Below are positions 40,691 to 54,852 of a stretch of DNA of 64,000 bases, piece by piece. The DNA comes from Albugo candida (lineage: Eukaryota). A model generated the notes under the pieces. The model did no database searches. It saw only the letters and a list, made by a program, of their open reading frames with translations, and was not told where the DNA came from. The stretch is taken from the NCBI GenBank assembly GCA_040437565.1, contig JBDOQK010000009.1, positions 372,001 through 436,000 of the forward strand, written 5' to 3'. Each line of letters opens with the position of its first letter. Within the stretch, counting starts at the first letter, position 1. Both the position numbers and the translations under genes were made by a program.

Positions 40691-43600
40691 GACCTGAGGT
40701 GGACACACGTATAAAACAACCTACTCAATTCAGCCATGAACGTGTCAAGACCACTAGCAACTACACAAGAGAATAATCGGACAGGAATTAAAACCGGGCT
40801 CTTCAGAGCGTTACGTTCTAGTGACTAAAATGTCGTAGATAAGAACCTACCTGTAGTAACAAACGGTGTCTAAATGTAACTACTGCAGGCGAGCATCTTA
40901 CCTGAGCTTGTTTGAACGTCCATTTAAGGTATGTTGTCCACTGGTCGCAATATCTTAGCATGTTTGACATCGAGCGTCAGGAAATATGCATGGACAAATT
41001 ATCCTATATTGGTTGCATGAAGTATTATGTTCTGATATGCCAGAGAGATGACTTGAATGATAAATAGGTTTAACGAAGCGTACAGATAACTGGTATTTAC
41101 CCTACGCTATGCTGTGCTCGATGATTCGAGAGAATTGCTCTTTCATGAAAGGTCCAGATAGTGAACCGTACTAAGTCGCCGAGGTGGTTGTTTGGCTTTT
41201 TACATTTCTGCGATAAGCCCAAATTGCAACGATTCCCAATTTTTTAAGTGGACACCATGGCGATCACGCTTGTGGTATCAGTGAGGTGATCGCGGAAAGC
41301 ATTTTTTGGAGGCAACATAATTCACAAGAAGTGTGTTGAGTGAGCAAACACTGGCGTAATCCAGGAGCGACAAACGTGCAAGTTTGCAGTTGCGAAATGT
41401 TCATTGACATTGAGAGCTTCCAATCGAACGCACATGATATGGTGTCAGGTGTAACGATGATCAAAATTATGAGTATTCTCTATTCATTCAGTTCCTTAAG
41501 TAAAGAGATCTCCGCGAAAGCATCAATACTGTGAGTCGAGATTCTTTAAAAATGCAATTCTCTGCCATCAACTGAGCGCGACGACACGGATTAGGTATAT
41601 ATTATTGATGCACGCTACACCCGTTCGAATACAATTTAGTCGAAGCTGAGAGCTTATGTATGAAAGGAAGGCGACTTGTCAGGCGATATCACGTCGCATT
41701 CTTTGATGCTCATAGCCAACTTGACTTTATCATCATGCGTTCTCTAAGCAGTTTGATGCAAGAGTCCAAAAAAATGCCTCGAATGCCGATTCGGAGTGTC
41801 CTGAGAATTGATGCCTTCATAAGTAGTTCTACGAGGACATTTTCTGAAGGGTAAAACGTTTGTGGTGGAATTATTGCAACAGAGGGATAGTAAGGAATCT
41901 CTGAAATTAAGGAGTGCCACAGACCAGTAAGCAACATCGAAATGTAGCAGCACATGGGCGGAGACGAATCAGACTTTCTTCACCCATTTAGGCGCAGCAA
42001 ATGCCTGAAAGCATATCACAGAACATTTTCGTACTACGTCTATTCACGAGTCGAGGACATCAACACTGCAATCAAACAATGCGAATACACTACCAGTCGG
42101 ACAACCAATGTTACCATACTTGCGATGCTGCTTAAGAATCAGTAATATGATTATTTTGCAAATGTCACGGCTGATAATGTGCGGTGCCTGTGAGGACAAC
42201 CACATGAAAGAAGGAATTTGTGAATGTATGAGAACATGCCCAGAACGTCCAAATAATGGATGCAATACCGACCCTTTCAACCGGCAATTTCCATCAGATG
42301 AGACGGCGGCTCCTTTCTAAGTTCACAACACAATTTATGATCTCTACAGAGGAGAATTGGGCAAGTCGGCCAAACACCCCAGCAGACTACGTTTTGATGA
42401 GTTGACTTCACATGACACAATTTTATCATCTCATATCAAAGGCATCATGCATGGAGGACAATGATGATCAATGTGAAAGGTGATTACATTTAACATCAAG
42501 CACGCTAGTCCACGATGTCACGTCCAACAATACACCTTGTTATAAGGGGGATGAGGCTAAGGCTAATTTAGGCAGTAGCATTGTTGCAAGAAGTCGACAA
42601 GGCTCAATGGAAAGCACATAGATGGGTGATCACGTCCCTCATTGTTCTGATGATAGGGCGCTCCTCCCTCAACCACAGGGCTGGAAGTCGCTAAGTTTGA
42701 ATATCGCAATTGTGTGCTCTCCTCCGTCACGGCTATCCAAATACAGGTAAACCAGTAGAAATCACGTGTTCTTCCGCATAATGATTAAATTTAAGGCGTT
42801 AGCTATAAACTTTGCTTTATCGTATCTCATCCGTCATCGGAGTCGAGCATGGACGTCTAACGTATTGTGTATTGCACAGTAGCTAATTAGTTGTGATGGC
42901 GATCCTTAATAAAGTGAGCGACATTCAGGCATGAATAAAAAAACGTGCAGTAAGGGCCGAAGATATGGCTCTATGAGAGACCTTATCACTTTTCTGACCA
43001 GTAAGTAATACTCCCCGCGTCACAATTTCACTGCTCATTTGCTGTCTCATTTATGATTTTCCGCATGCAATAACCAGTCTCACAACAAAAGAAGACTCTT
43101 TTAGACGTAATCCCGCGTTCAATCTCTGCACTCTCATATAAAGGTATTTAATCGGATTACGTATCATCTTGAAAGGAATATCTAAGTACTGCATGATGTA
43201 AATGCTCGCCCACAGACTAAATGAGCAAAACAAATGTCTTTTTTTCAAAGATCTCTAATTCTCACCATAAAATGTTAACAGCTATTACGTTCCCAGCAGT
43301 GGTGCGTACGCCAAGAGCATTGACTATATCAAGCTATCTAGAATGGGTGTCAACCTAGCTTTCGTTGACTCTGGAGTAATCATAGATAAACCAGTTTGCT
43401 TGTATTTTGCGATATCTTAAGTTAGATATGCAACAAGAAAATGTACAGAACCCAGGAAGAAACTTCAACTACCTTCCTTGGTATTGTGACAAATCGACTG
43501 ATGAAAGAATTAGGGTTTGACGACCAGGATAGTTCCTTTCAATGCAATCTCACGACTATTTTAACAGACACGAAGCATCATGGCAGTATTGCTCTCCTAC

Positions 43601-46600
43601 TAAGCATCATCGTTTATTTTGAAAATGGCAATCTGGTACAAACAGTTTGATATTATGGTAGATACGAGCCATTTGGGATTTTCTGGATTTACCACTGTTT
43701 CTAGTATCCCAGAAAACTTAGAATCGGCATTTCGAGGCATCCAAAGTCAGAGAAATCATAGGAATGTATTAACAAGTGAACAAGATTTGAAAGCGATTCA
43801 AAATGTGAAAATATTTTCCAGAGTCTCGCTAATGATTAGAATTGAGCCTATCAAGAGAGTAGCCACTTCATCTAGCCAAGAACCAACAGCACTAACAGCA
43901 ATGACGAGGAATTCTTCCGTGAAGGATTGGTTTGTTCGCGTTCCTGTGGTCGTTTTGGGCTATGGAAGATTAGATTATCATGTGATGGATATGGAGGTTG
44001 CTGCTGGTTTAACGCTGCAGCCTTATGGTTAAATTGGTTCCAAGCGATATTACTTTTGAAGTTGATTGCAAGAACTTGAAGGAATGTGCGAGTACATCTA
44101 CATGCCATCTTGCATCAAGTACGTGGTACAGAGGCAAAAGCTGCAAAATTATGTTTACTCGTTTTTCCTCAAAATAGCGTGTCGGACAAAGTTAAGATAC
44201 TGAAGCCAGATAAAGCTAAGCTCACAGCGATGGTTGTATATACTGTTACTGCTTGTGCTAAACATGCGTCTTCAGGAGCATCTGACTATACAAGTAATCC
44301 CGGTTAATATCAAATGTTTTGAAGGCCAACGCTACAGTGCCAGAATTATGGGTGATGGATTGAGCTGTCGAGATGCATAACCATTATCCTTCAAAAAATT
44401 GCCTACAAGTGTCAATACTGGATTAACTCATGAAAATCAGGCTCATTTTAACAGCCATTTTGGTCAGAAAGCGCTATGAAATGAAAGGCTTCTTCAGGAA
44501 AAATTTCGGCTGAACAGAAGGTCCAACTCTGAAGCTGGGTCAAGATGAGACTATCGAAATAGGGATGCAGAATATACAAATCTACAAACAGATTTGGACT
44601 ACGTGAAGAATGCGAAGGCTCGCTCGGTTCGGCTCACTCTGAAGCACCGCTGCATAGATGGTAAAATCACAGATGTGCTCACGCAATTGTGAATCGCGTG
44701 AATCGTTCGTCGAACGTGGGCGTACACTTTCTACAATATCAGTATCCTCGATTGAGTTCAGCTGAATGTAAATCAGTATATTGACATCAAGGCGCGGGTG
44801 GGTGACGACAATACTTGATGATATCGGTGGCAATTTGATTTAATAAAAAGCGACACACAAAAGTCGAGTGATTCTACAAGACAAAGAGTTTGCAGACGAA
44901 ATGAAACAGAAAGCGAATGGTTTGAGTCTTGCTCGAATTATATTCAGTAAGTGCACACGGAAGGATACTCAAGCAAGACAATATATATGGAGGTGGAGAC
45001 AACCAAATAGTAACCTCATTTTGCTCTAAAGTATGTTAGAAAGGTTTCTATCAACTCATCTCATACAAAAAAACCTCCGCATCACACACCATCATCTAGC
45101 GCGCTTAGGACCGTACATGGTGCCAAAAGACGCTGGTGTCATTTCGATGCACAATTGAACGCAAGAGTTGGCTTGCAGGGATAGTCAGCGAGCGATTTCA
45201 CGATAGCTAACATGAGCAGAAGCGGATCAAAATTCAAACCTGGCACGAACGTTTAAGAGATTTACTATCCAATAGCTATCTTCAAGCTCCGGCGATCCGA
45301 CTAGCTTCAAAACGCATCCAGATAGCCCTATCAGCTGCGTTACTATTCGTGTACCGACGAGTTGAGCAGCACTGGTATGATCGAAATTCTGCAAGTTCCA
45401 GGATCATAATCGGATCTTCTCAAATTCAAAGAGCTCTTTACAGGCTTCCCTACTATTTTTAAGTGTATCCGGTGGAAGCTGTTTTCCGCTGGTAGTCGAA
45501 CCGGTCACAGGCACACTTACCATCGCAATAAGAAGCAATGCAGCTAAATCAACTAGCGTTATATCAGTCTCATTTCCTATTCGCTCGACGACGAGCGCGT
45601 GATTTAAGGCATTTGAAACCCGGGAATACGAGTTCTACAAGCTAGCGTGCATACGCATTTTGATTAGAAAGCGATGACTGGCTGCAGCTCCCATCATCAA
45701 TTTGCACCAGAAGATCGTTTGAGGTGACCATTGAATCATAATATTCAGATTTTTTAGCTTGGAAACTGATTGCGACTGCTTCTCTAAGTCAGATAAATGC
45801 TTTTCAATAGTTTAAATGTGATTGTGATTTTGTCAAATTGCGGCTTCCCAGCAGTTTTTGAGGTTTCCATTGTATTATCGTTCGGTGCGTGAGACGTGAG
45901 AGAAGTTCTTTTGGAGCGTTGCGGAGGATTCCAAGAGGGGCGTGGATGCATTGTCTGGTATTTGATCGGTTTTCTTCCTCTTCGCCGCTACTACCGCTGT
46001 CCAGCTCATCGAGATCTTCTCAGAAAGAATCTGCCATCGAATGTATGAGAGATTCTGGCATAAATGACGCTAATATTGTAGAAATGGCATCGACTGAGCA
46101 TTGCTGTCGATGCAACAAGATTGGATGCTGATTGAGTAAAAGTATAAAATGTCAGCTTGGACGGAGGCCAAGAGTTCTGTCGAGCTCTTTGCTGTGATCC
46201 TGCCCTGCTCTTCCCAAATGTACTCTTACATATACTTCTATCATATCTCCGCCTTCAACGCTCAGTGAGCATTCCCTTTCAAACGCTAGTAGCTTAGATT
46301 CTGCGGCCTCATCATTGTCAGGACACAGGGCTCCCCCTTCCGTGTGAGCGCACATTACGACCCAATTATCAAGTCAACACAATCTTTCCCCCCTCTCCTC
46401 GTCCCCTCCAATCTTCAATGTAGGAGGAATGCAAAGACGAATTCCGCTACCACATTGTCATCTTCTTTAATTCCGCTGGCTCCAGCGTGAAGGCCAATTT
46501 TTGACGAAACCAATCGCATCAAACCCGAGCTGCACATTCCCATTCTCCACCATCACACAGAATTTCGCATTCCCTCCTGTCACTCCAATTTCTCTGCTCA

Positions 46601-48032
46601 TCAAAAAAAGATCCCCTCCGTGCGTATTTTCATCCAATCCCGTCACACCAGCTCGTTTGACGACGCCATTCCACCGACATTTATGCGGCAATTGATCGGT
46701 ACACAGCGCAAACTTCCTCCTGACAATCACTGACTCACGCAAAGGAATGCTAACAATCTGAACGGATCCATTCACACGCAAAACGGAGTCACTCGAAAAC
46801 CTCTTTCGGCAAAAATATGCGTATTCAAAGTCTAGGCCTTTGCCGTCCACATCCCGCATTGAAACAAGATGCAAAAACTGAAAAGAACAATGGTTTTTGA
46901 GATTACAAGGTATACTTCGTATGACATCCAAAGAAGCGATTCCGTCTTTAATTCCACGCGTACTGGTGACATCTTTCATTGAATATGCGCTTTAAGGTCT
47001 CGCGTACACGGTAGAAGCAAATGAAACTGTAGTTCATTCTTAGCTCATACGTACGTTTGCAATCCTTTTCGATCGATTCGATTTGGAACGTAATGGAAGC
47101 TTGCAGCTCGTCGGAGCACAAAGTAAACGAAGCAAACGCTTTTTGTGATAGTTTTTAGCGTTGATGCACGCATATGGAGTACTCTGACTTATCGTGAGAT
47201 TGTGCAAGCACTGTCATTCGACCTCATCCGAGAGGATTGCACCACAACACAATCAATTACGAATACCAAGTCGCTACTGCAGAAACAATTCACACAGTTC
47301 AACTCAGATACGCGATTTTTCTGTGGCGTCACCAGGTGCTTTAATGGGTTTCAATCAAATGTGCGTCCGAACGTGCTTCCGATCGATGGGCCCCTTCGTA
47401 TTGAAGTAGTTGTTTCTTGATGTGTATTGAAACGACAGCGAACGTATTGCACGGTTTGCTAAGAGTTTGCGAATCCAATGACGACGAGCGCCACATTTTC
47501 GCTATATTAGACCAGATCTTGATGCCTTCTAATTGGTAAAATTGACGGCAAGATGCTTCATTGCAGCAGGCTCCACAAGAAGAGGAGCAATGCTATTTTC
47601 TCGAAACGGTACGTCCATATTCGGATATGTAAAGAAGGGTTTCTGTTGCACTAAGGCTTACAATGGAGCTTTCATTCAAATGCCGCACTGGAACCGTCAA
47701 AGGACAGGAACATTCTCGCTACGATCCCGCTTTTGGTTGTAACGAGTGTTCTGGCTGTCACATATCATAATAAGTCAAGATAGGCCATTACGAATTACAG
47801 GAAGAGACTCTACCTTCATATAGTATGATGTCGGTTGACTTTACGTCAGCAGTGACACACTCAAGATGAAACTTAACGTCAACACCCGAAGCAGCGCTCT
47901 CGGTCTTTTACCGCTAGGATAGTTTGTCAATANNNNNNNNNNNNNNNNNNNNNNNNNNNNNNNNNNNNNNNNNNNNNNNNNNNNNNNNNNNNNNNNNNNN
48001 NNNNNNNNNNNNNNNNNNNNNNNNNNNNNNNN

Positions 48033-48568
48033 GCATCGGCGAGCATTGTGCTAACTATTTCTATGAATACGGAATGGACATCCTCCGCATTTCACCGACG
48101 AAAGCGGAAATATCAAAAGAGCGCGCCTTTGAAGTATATCCCTCAAAAACCAACCAGATGCAATGGAATTTGCGGATTACCAAACTCAGATGGTCGACGT
48201 TCGGTAAAAAGTTGGAAGTGAATTGGAATGTTCTGAGAGGAACTGAGCAAATGGAATTTTCGTCGCAGGATATATTTATGGTACCCAGTGGGTGGGAGAT
48301 CCATCAAGAAGAAGCTCCCAATGCAGTCCTTAGTATTCATGTGAAATTTTCGCAAGATGTGGTATTCAAAGTGAAGCTCTCTGAAATAACACATTACTCT
48401 GAAGACAATAAATGGAAATTAGGCTATAAGCAATTACAACGTCATAAAGTCCGATTTATCAAATCAGGTCAAGAATTTCGGATTGTAGTGAGGGAAGTTA
48501 TGGCTAGCGAAGAGCCTTCAACGAGCACAGCCTTTGAATGGGTCCAACCTTATATGGATGATCGCTAG
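48033..48568 (+). CDS. Secreted protein family member C (5' part in gap)
   Basis: GIGEHC; VVFKVK.SEI; WKLGYKQLQRHKV. Upstream 47450-47930 is homologous to 32500-33260, upstream of member B. Confidence 0.75.
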
Positions 48569-51500
48569 AATATGTTCATCAAAGTATTTAGACCGACAAT
48601 CTAAAGAAAAAGTGACCTTTGCAGTCGGTTCGTTTCTTACTCTTTTTCGAAAGGAACGCTTTTGTGTAAATGTAAAGAGCAGTGCATCCACGTCCTGTAC
48701 CCTTAGTACCCCGAGTGCCAGTCTACGTTTCCAATACGCAAGGATAACATGAAGTCAAGAGTGCTCTTCATAGCATTTTGAACCCTACTTTAAGAATGTT
48801 ATNNNNNNNNNNNNNNNNNNNNNNNNNNNNNNNNNNNNNNNNNNNNNNNNNNNNNNNNNNNNNNNNNNNNNNNNNNNNNNNNNNNNNNNNNNNNNNNNNN
48901 NNACCAGCTAACAACAGAACACAAATTTGATGCAATGGCTTGTCTTTGACCTTCACCTGCTCTGCTCTTTCGGCTGTGCACATTCCGTTGGAACATACAA
49001 CCTGGTCTATCTACTCAGCAGCAGCTCCTGCAGGTACGATTAGAGACGCGTCAACAAGGATACAAGCATATAATCAAGCACAAAAACAAATAAAATGCAT
49101 AAAGTCCAGCACGTCAATGCCATCGTAGTGCACTCGTCCAAAGTAGAAGTCAACGACTGATTCCGGAAGATAATAAATTGGGAAATTTTCGTCGTACCAA
49201 AAGTTCCCAAGATGCATACCCGCTGGAGAAGAACGTCAGCAATGCTATTTGAAATCAATTGCGGGAGAACCAAGTTGTGTCATTGCAGGCAAACAAGCTC
49301 ATCTACTTCTCGTTCCGCCCATCATGATGTAGCACAGCTTCTTAGCACAAAATTCATCGTGCGAAATATCAATGACACGAACGCCACTGCATCCGATTAC
49401 GAGGACAGAACACATCGATAAGGACCGCCGCAGGATTAGAGCCTTTGCCTCTATAAAAAGCATTGAAACCTTGATTAACCACGGTGGGCAAAGAAGATAC
49501 GAAATATGACAGATGACCTGACTGCTACTTCCAGTTGACGAATGCTCCACCGAGTACAATAAAAATGTAGCCAAACGCGACCGGCTTCCGCCATGATGAG
49601 AGTGCACATAATCTGATAGCCTGTAATAACGTATGTTACTGCGTAATCTGATTGTCGCATGAACGATGAACTTGTATCATACCTCTGCCACTCATTTGTC
49701 GTCAGCACGCTCAAATAATGATAACGAGACTTCGCACTTGTCTGCTCTCGTTTCTACTTCTTTCTTCTGACCATCTTAATATCGCTGTGATCACGCCGAA
49801 TGACGAATGACTCAAAATAACTCACTATTTCGGTTGAAACCGCGACAAAAAGTTGTCTCTAATACGATGAATGTGTGTGCAGTCATTGGATCAATCCAAA
49901 GACACTCACCTCAACGCTCAACGCTCCTGATTCCCTCGATTATTGAACGATTGCTTTTCGAGTTCTCACGGTACATCCATCCTTGCATTCCAGGTTTTAC
50001 GAGCACAGTCAGCATCTCAATTGGGTGATCCACAGGGTGATACGTGTCGGCAGAAGCGCATACGGGGCAGCAGTCGGAGATGCTTCTACCATATAGAACC
50101 TAGAAACGCTCGTACGATATGAGAAATGGTTCTCGTAAGTGGTCGGCTCATTACGCATGTCAAAGGCGCATCACCTACGAAAGACGGGCGCAAACCGGAA
50201 CGTCGGAACGCAATAGGATCCGATCGACCGGTAACAACATATCCGGATGCTTCGATTACTGTGGACTACTTGGTATATGTCTGACGTACAAAACTCATGG
50301 CAGAAACGGATACTACTCCATCATATTTCAAGCACCGCATCAGCACGGGTTTTCTTTTCTATGTGATGTACCGGTGCTTGAGGCTTTCGACGTTATATTC
50401 CACAACGCAACTATCCTGTATAGAAATCACGAATACGCGCATGTCCTTACGAACAGCCCTTCTCAGTTATGGCAGTTGTCCTAAAGTTCTGCGTTCATGA
50501 AGAGAGAACTATGGTTTCCGAAGACAAAGTATCCCTTGTGTACTATTAGAAAACCTCTTATCATCGCATTGTCATTTGGATTCTCTCATGGCTATGCGTT
50601 TGGCGTGTGCCTCCATTGGTGTATCCGAGCATTGCTCAGTGGATGTCAGCCGCACGACTCTGAACTCTACAGTACTTGTTGATTTGTTTGGCTGGTCTCA
50701 CATGAAAGATGAAACAATTCTCAGTCGTATTACTGTCTTTGCATCGCCACTGCACTGAGATGGGAGATTGGGAATCATAGGCACTATCAAAAAGAGGACG
50801 GAATGAACGCAAGGACAAAACATCCTCAAGAGCGATTGATACCGAAAGTGACATTGTGCGGTCTGATAGAAGTCAACTAGTCATACACATTGGTACGGAT
50901 GCCTCGTTGTTGATGAACTTTACGAATTTACGTGGTGAGAGTTGCTAGGTTTATGCATCGAATCAAGTGCAAGTATCAATGTGTCGAAAGGAATAAATTG
51001 ATTGATGAAACAAAGTCGGCAGATGGTGCCATTCACACAGAAAACAACCTCTGACCAATTGATCTGTCTTTATACATTATGAGACCGGTCATCGGAGGCA
51101 TATCTCACGCTTCGACTGGAGGCTCGAACACAATCAAGGCAGCCTTATTTATTGGTTTCGATTCTGCGTGACGTAGCGCAATAGAAAAAGACTGACTTCC
51201 CTTCGACTTTGGATTTTTGGCACTCAATTGGAACCTCTTGCACGAGCAGTGGTCTATATCGTTCCTTACAAGCCGTACTTGATCTATCCTAAGCGCCGTT
51301 CCATCTCTACATACTGAGTATTGGCTCCGCTTACGCACTCCAGTTGATCCCGAGATCCAAGGCCACCAATGCGAATGGATTGTAGGCAGCATGAGCCACA
51401 ATTCCAGTGAAGGCTCGATCTAATACACCAACATGCATACCACATTTCACGCCATAGCTGGAGGGTCGCTATGTTCCGATCCAAGAAATCACTGGGCAAC

Positions 51501-54081
51501 GATGCNNNNNNNNNNNNNNNNNNNNNNNNNNNNNNNNNNNNNNNNNNNNNNNNNNNNNNNNNNNNNNNNNNNNNNNNNNNNNNNNNNNNNNNNNNNNNNN
51601 NNNNNGGCAGCATGAGCCACAATTCCAGTGAAGGCTCGATCTAATACACCAACATGCATACCACATTTCACACCATAGCAGGAGGGTCGCTATGTTCCGA
51701 TCCAAGAAATCACTGGGCAACGATGCAACGACGTCGGATTTTGATGCGAATTAGAGAGCAAAATATCGCCAAATATGATTTTTGGCCACGTATGGTTGCA
51801 AATTCTTCCCTCTGCTTTCTAATTGGCTCCAAAAAGTATTTGTGAATGAGCGTGCTGTTCTCTGAGGTGAGAAGGAGAGTGTTTTGATTTAATCGAACAT
51901 CAGGAACGTCCGCAAGTATTTCAACAGACTCTCAATTTATTCCGTTAGAGCCTTTTCCGTCGATAAGCATTCGTACTGCATGGTCCAAGTATTCAATTAA
52001 GTAGCCTTTTATGTCCTCCTCACTATCTAGATCACACCGACTGTAATTTGCACGATACTGCGCGCTTTTAGAGTGATCGAGACCAGCTGAGAACTTGGAA
52101 TCCATCCTGTAAGGGTATAACTGCACCGTTGTAGACGTCCCCAGATCTGACTTTCATCGAGAAATGGAAGCCCAAGCTGCTTCGATCTGATGCCGACGGT
52201 CATATTGTCTGCGATCGGTTTACTTCATGTTAGGAGCGCCACACTAAAAATGCTTGGCATTTATGTGCAATTACAATACTACTTGCTGAGTCAGTATGAT
52301 ACCGGTGTAGGCAGGTACAAGATTACCACCAGTTAGAGGACAAGCATAGCGAGCAATAATGAAAAATAGCTTTCTCTGTGGAGGATCCGATTGCCCAATG
52401 TATTATAAAGTCTTGTTTGGTGGAATATTCTACTAGGACAGAATGCATCTCCAGCGTCCGCGATTCTCAATGTATCGTTTCGGACCCTTGCATGAAAGCA
52501 AAAATTTAGTGTCAAGATCGAGAATATCGTGCTTGGGAAAAGAGAAGTTCAGATTAATAGACGTTATTGGCTCGAGCGTGTTCATGCCACGTTCGATCGC
52601 TGTAACCATTTCAAACAGCTTTTTATTAAGGTGTCAGAAGTACACACTGACTATTTTTCTACGGCGAACTCAGAGCGGAGTGACTCTTCTCCAACAAGCA
52701 TGCGAGATTGAGATCGTAAGCGTTATCGGAACCCTTTTGACAGAGCGAGGAAGTGAACAGAGCCGACGGGATGACTTTATAGTAAGCGCATTGGTGGAAA
52801 AACTGTGATTACTTATAGAAACCGGTATAGCCTACCACGGGTTAGGCCTTGAAGGTTCATGGAAAGTTAAGTCGAAATCCTGTTGGATTACAAAATTTAG
52901 ACGGCATTCTTGTACATAAATAAAAAACGGTCCGAAGTATCGTAGTAATGACGCTAGATAAAGTTCGCTACTCGCTTCCACCTCTGCAACGACAACCGTC
53001 ATGATGTAACTGATGTAAACCGGGTATGCTTTTATCCAATCATTACAATTACACACAGCAACCAATCTTTCGGATTGGTTGATATCATATCACATGGACC
53101 TGACGTGATACTGATAATGGTGAGTCACTGAACACGTCATTTAGACCCGAGAAGGACGAGAGACTGGTCCACCACGTCATACTATCCTATCCGAGTGCGC
53201 GTTGGTATGCGCACATGTCCCTTCGATGAGGTGGACCCAACGAGGCACATTTACTCATTCAGCTGGATCGTCTGTTCAACGGATGAAAAGCGACTCAACT
53301 TGGATTTCGCGCTTCGTCACTTTACGTCAGGAATGAATCATACTGGACATAAGAACTGTTATGGATACACACTCCATCTCCTATGCGCCCGATCACAGGA
53401 ATGCAGAGTTATTGCCTGCTTTAGTACAACAAAATTGTGTTATGGAAATATGGCCCTTTAACTGCCCATTATGAAACCTTCAAAGGTGTGGAAATCGTTT
53501 GACTCGACCATATCGTTGGTGTGGACGTCAGGCTAGATTACCTTTCGTATCCATTGCGATGTCGTACCAAGAAACTATCAAGGTGGCAAACGAAATGATG
53601 CCCACGGTAGTATCGTCATGCGCTATGATTAGTCTTTATCTAAAGCAAACGGTGTGAAGAGGCCGTGAGGCAGTTTTAGTTAGACTTTCGTTCAAGGCCA
53701 AACCAGCTCAAACTCCAACGAACCTGGTAACCGGATGGTTCCGTGTTAGTATCAACTCAAGTAGCACAGCTATTACCTGTTTATCAAAGACTAGGCAACC
53801 TTTACTGTCTCGTATCTATCAACATAACTCTTAAGCGTCAGCAGCCGAAATAAGACTCTTTGTCGCTACCACTAAATTAGTGTGTTTATATTAATATATC
53901 TCATAAAATGATAAATTGAATGTCACGCATGTATTGAACGTACTCTTTTCGATTTAAAATTTTGTTCTGTCGATAGGTCGTCAATGTTGTATGCGTGATG
54001 GACAGAATGTACGACCCATCTCGCCCGTTGTGTTCTCGGCCCTCATAGCCTTTTTTGGGAACTCCAAGAGTCTTGTACTTA

Positions 54082-54098
54082 GCTCATTTGTCAGTTTT
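54082..54098 (+). promoter_or_regulatory. Inr/FPR-like core promoter of member D
   Basis: GCTCATTTGTCAGTTTT about 30 nt before ATG 54127; near match to the oomycete consensus. Confidence 0.5.
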
Positions 54099-54126
54099 CA
54101 CAGCTTTCGACAAGTTTCTCCCTGCA

Positions 54127-54852
54127 ATGTACATTTTCCGGACGGAATTCTACCTGGTTTTTCAAGCTATGTGCTACATTGTGCAATCGGCAAACAAGGA
54201 TGAATGCAAAATCTCAAAAGAAGGCTGGAAATGTGGCGGGAAAGTCGATAGTACCAATAAGTTCACTGCGATCTATATGGGGCACTCGCATAGAAGAATG
54301 CAGTGCCGAAGTCAACTAACGCCCGCTGAAGTATTAAGATTTGTGGTTCAACTCAGCCCTGATGGCCAAGGAAAAAATTGTGAAGAGTTTAGTTTTGAAT
54401 TTAAAGATGAGGAACTCTACATCTCACGGCATAGTCCAAGTGAAGAAGGCGTCTTAACCATATCAAAATCATCAGATATGCCTGATGAATGGTGTTTAGA
54501 CACCACCAAAGTCCTAATTGCGAAAAGTGATCCCTCGGCCACGACCGCGACCACACAGCCACTTTCGACTCAAATTTCTCATATCAAATTTTCCATTGAG
54601 GATATACATGTGGAATCCCATAATTCCAAGGAAAATAAGCACGCTCGGGTCGATCGGATCTATGACATCTATGTGGGTGATTCGAAAAATGCGGTATTCA
54701 AGGTGAAAGAATCCGAAATACGACCTAGTTCTGATAAACGCTCTTGGACACTTGGATATCAGGTGTTACAGCGACATGAAGTCATCTTAATGAAACTCAA
54801 ACAAGAGTTTTTCATTGGTATAATGAAAGCAAACGCTCCTTTTTCACCCTGA
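54127..54852 (+). CDS. Secreted protein family member D (241 aa, gap-free)
   Basis: MYIFRTEFYLVFQAMCYIVQS; CKISKEGWKC; LSPDGQGKNC; AVFKVKESEI; WTLGYQVLQRHEV. Confidence 0.85.
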   Translation: MYIFRTEFYLVFQAMCYIVQSANKDECKISKEGWKCGGKVDSTNKFTAIYMGHSHRRMQCRSQLTPAEVLRFVVQLSPDGQGKNCEEFSFEFKDEELYISRHSPSEEGVLTISKSSDMPDEWCLDTTKVLIAKSDPSATTATTQPLSTQISHIKFSIEDIHVESHNSKENKHARVDRIYDIYVGDSKNAVFKVKESEIRPSSDKRSWTLGYQVLQRHEVILMKLKQEFFIGIMKANAPFSP

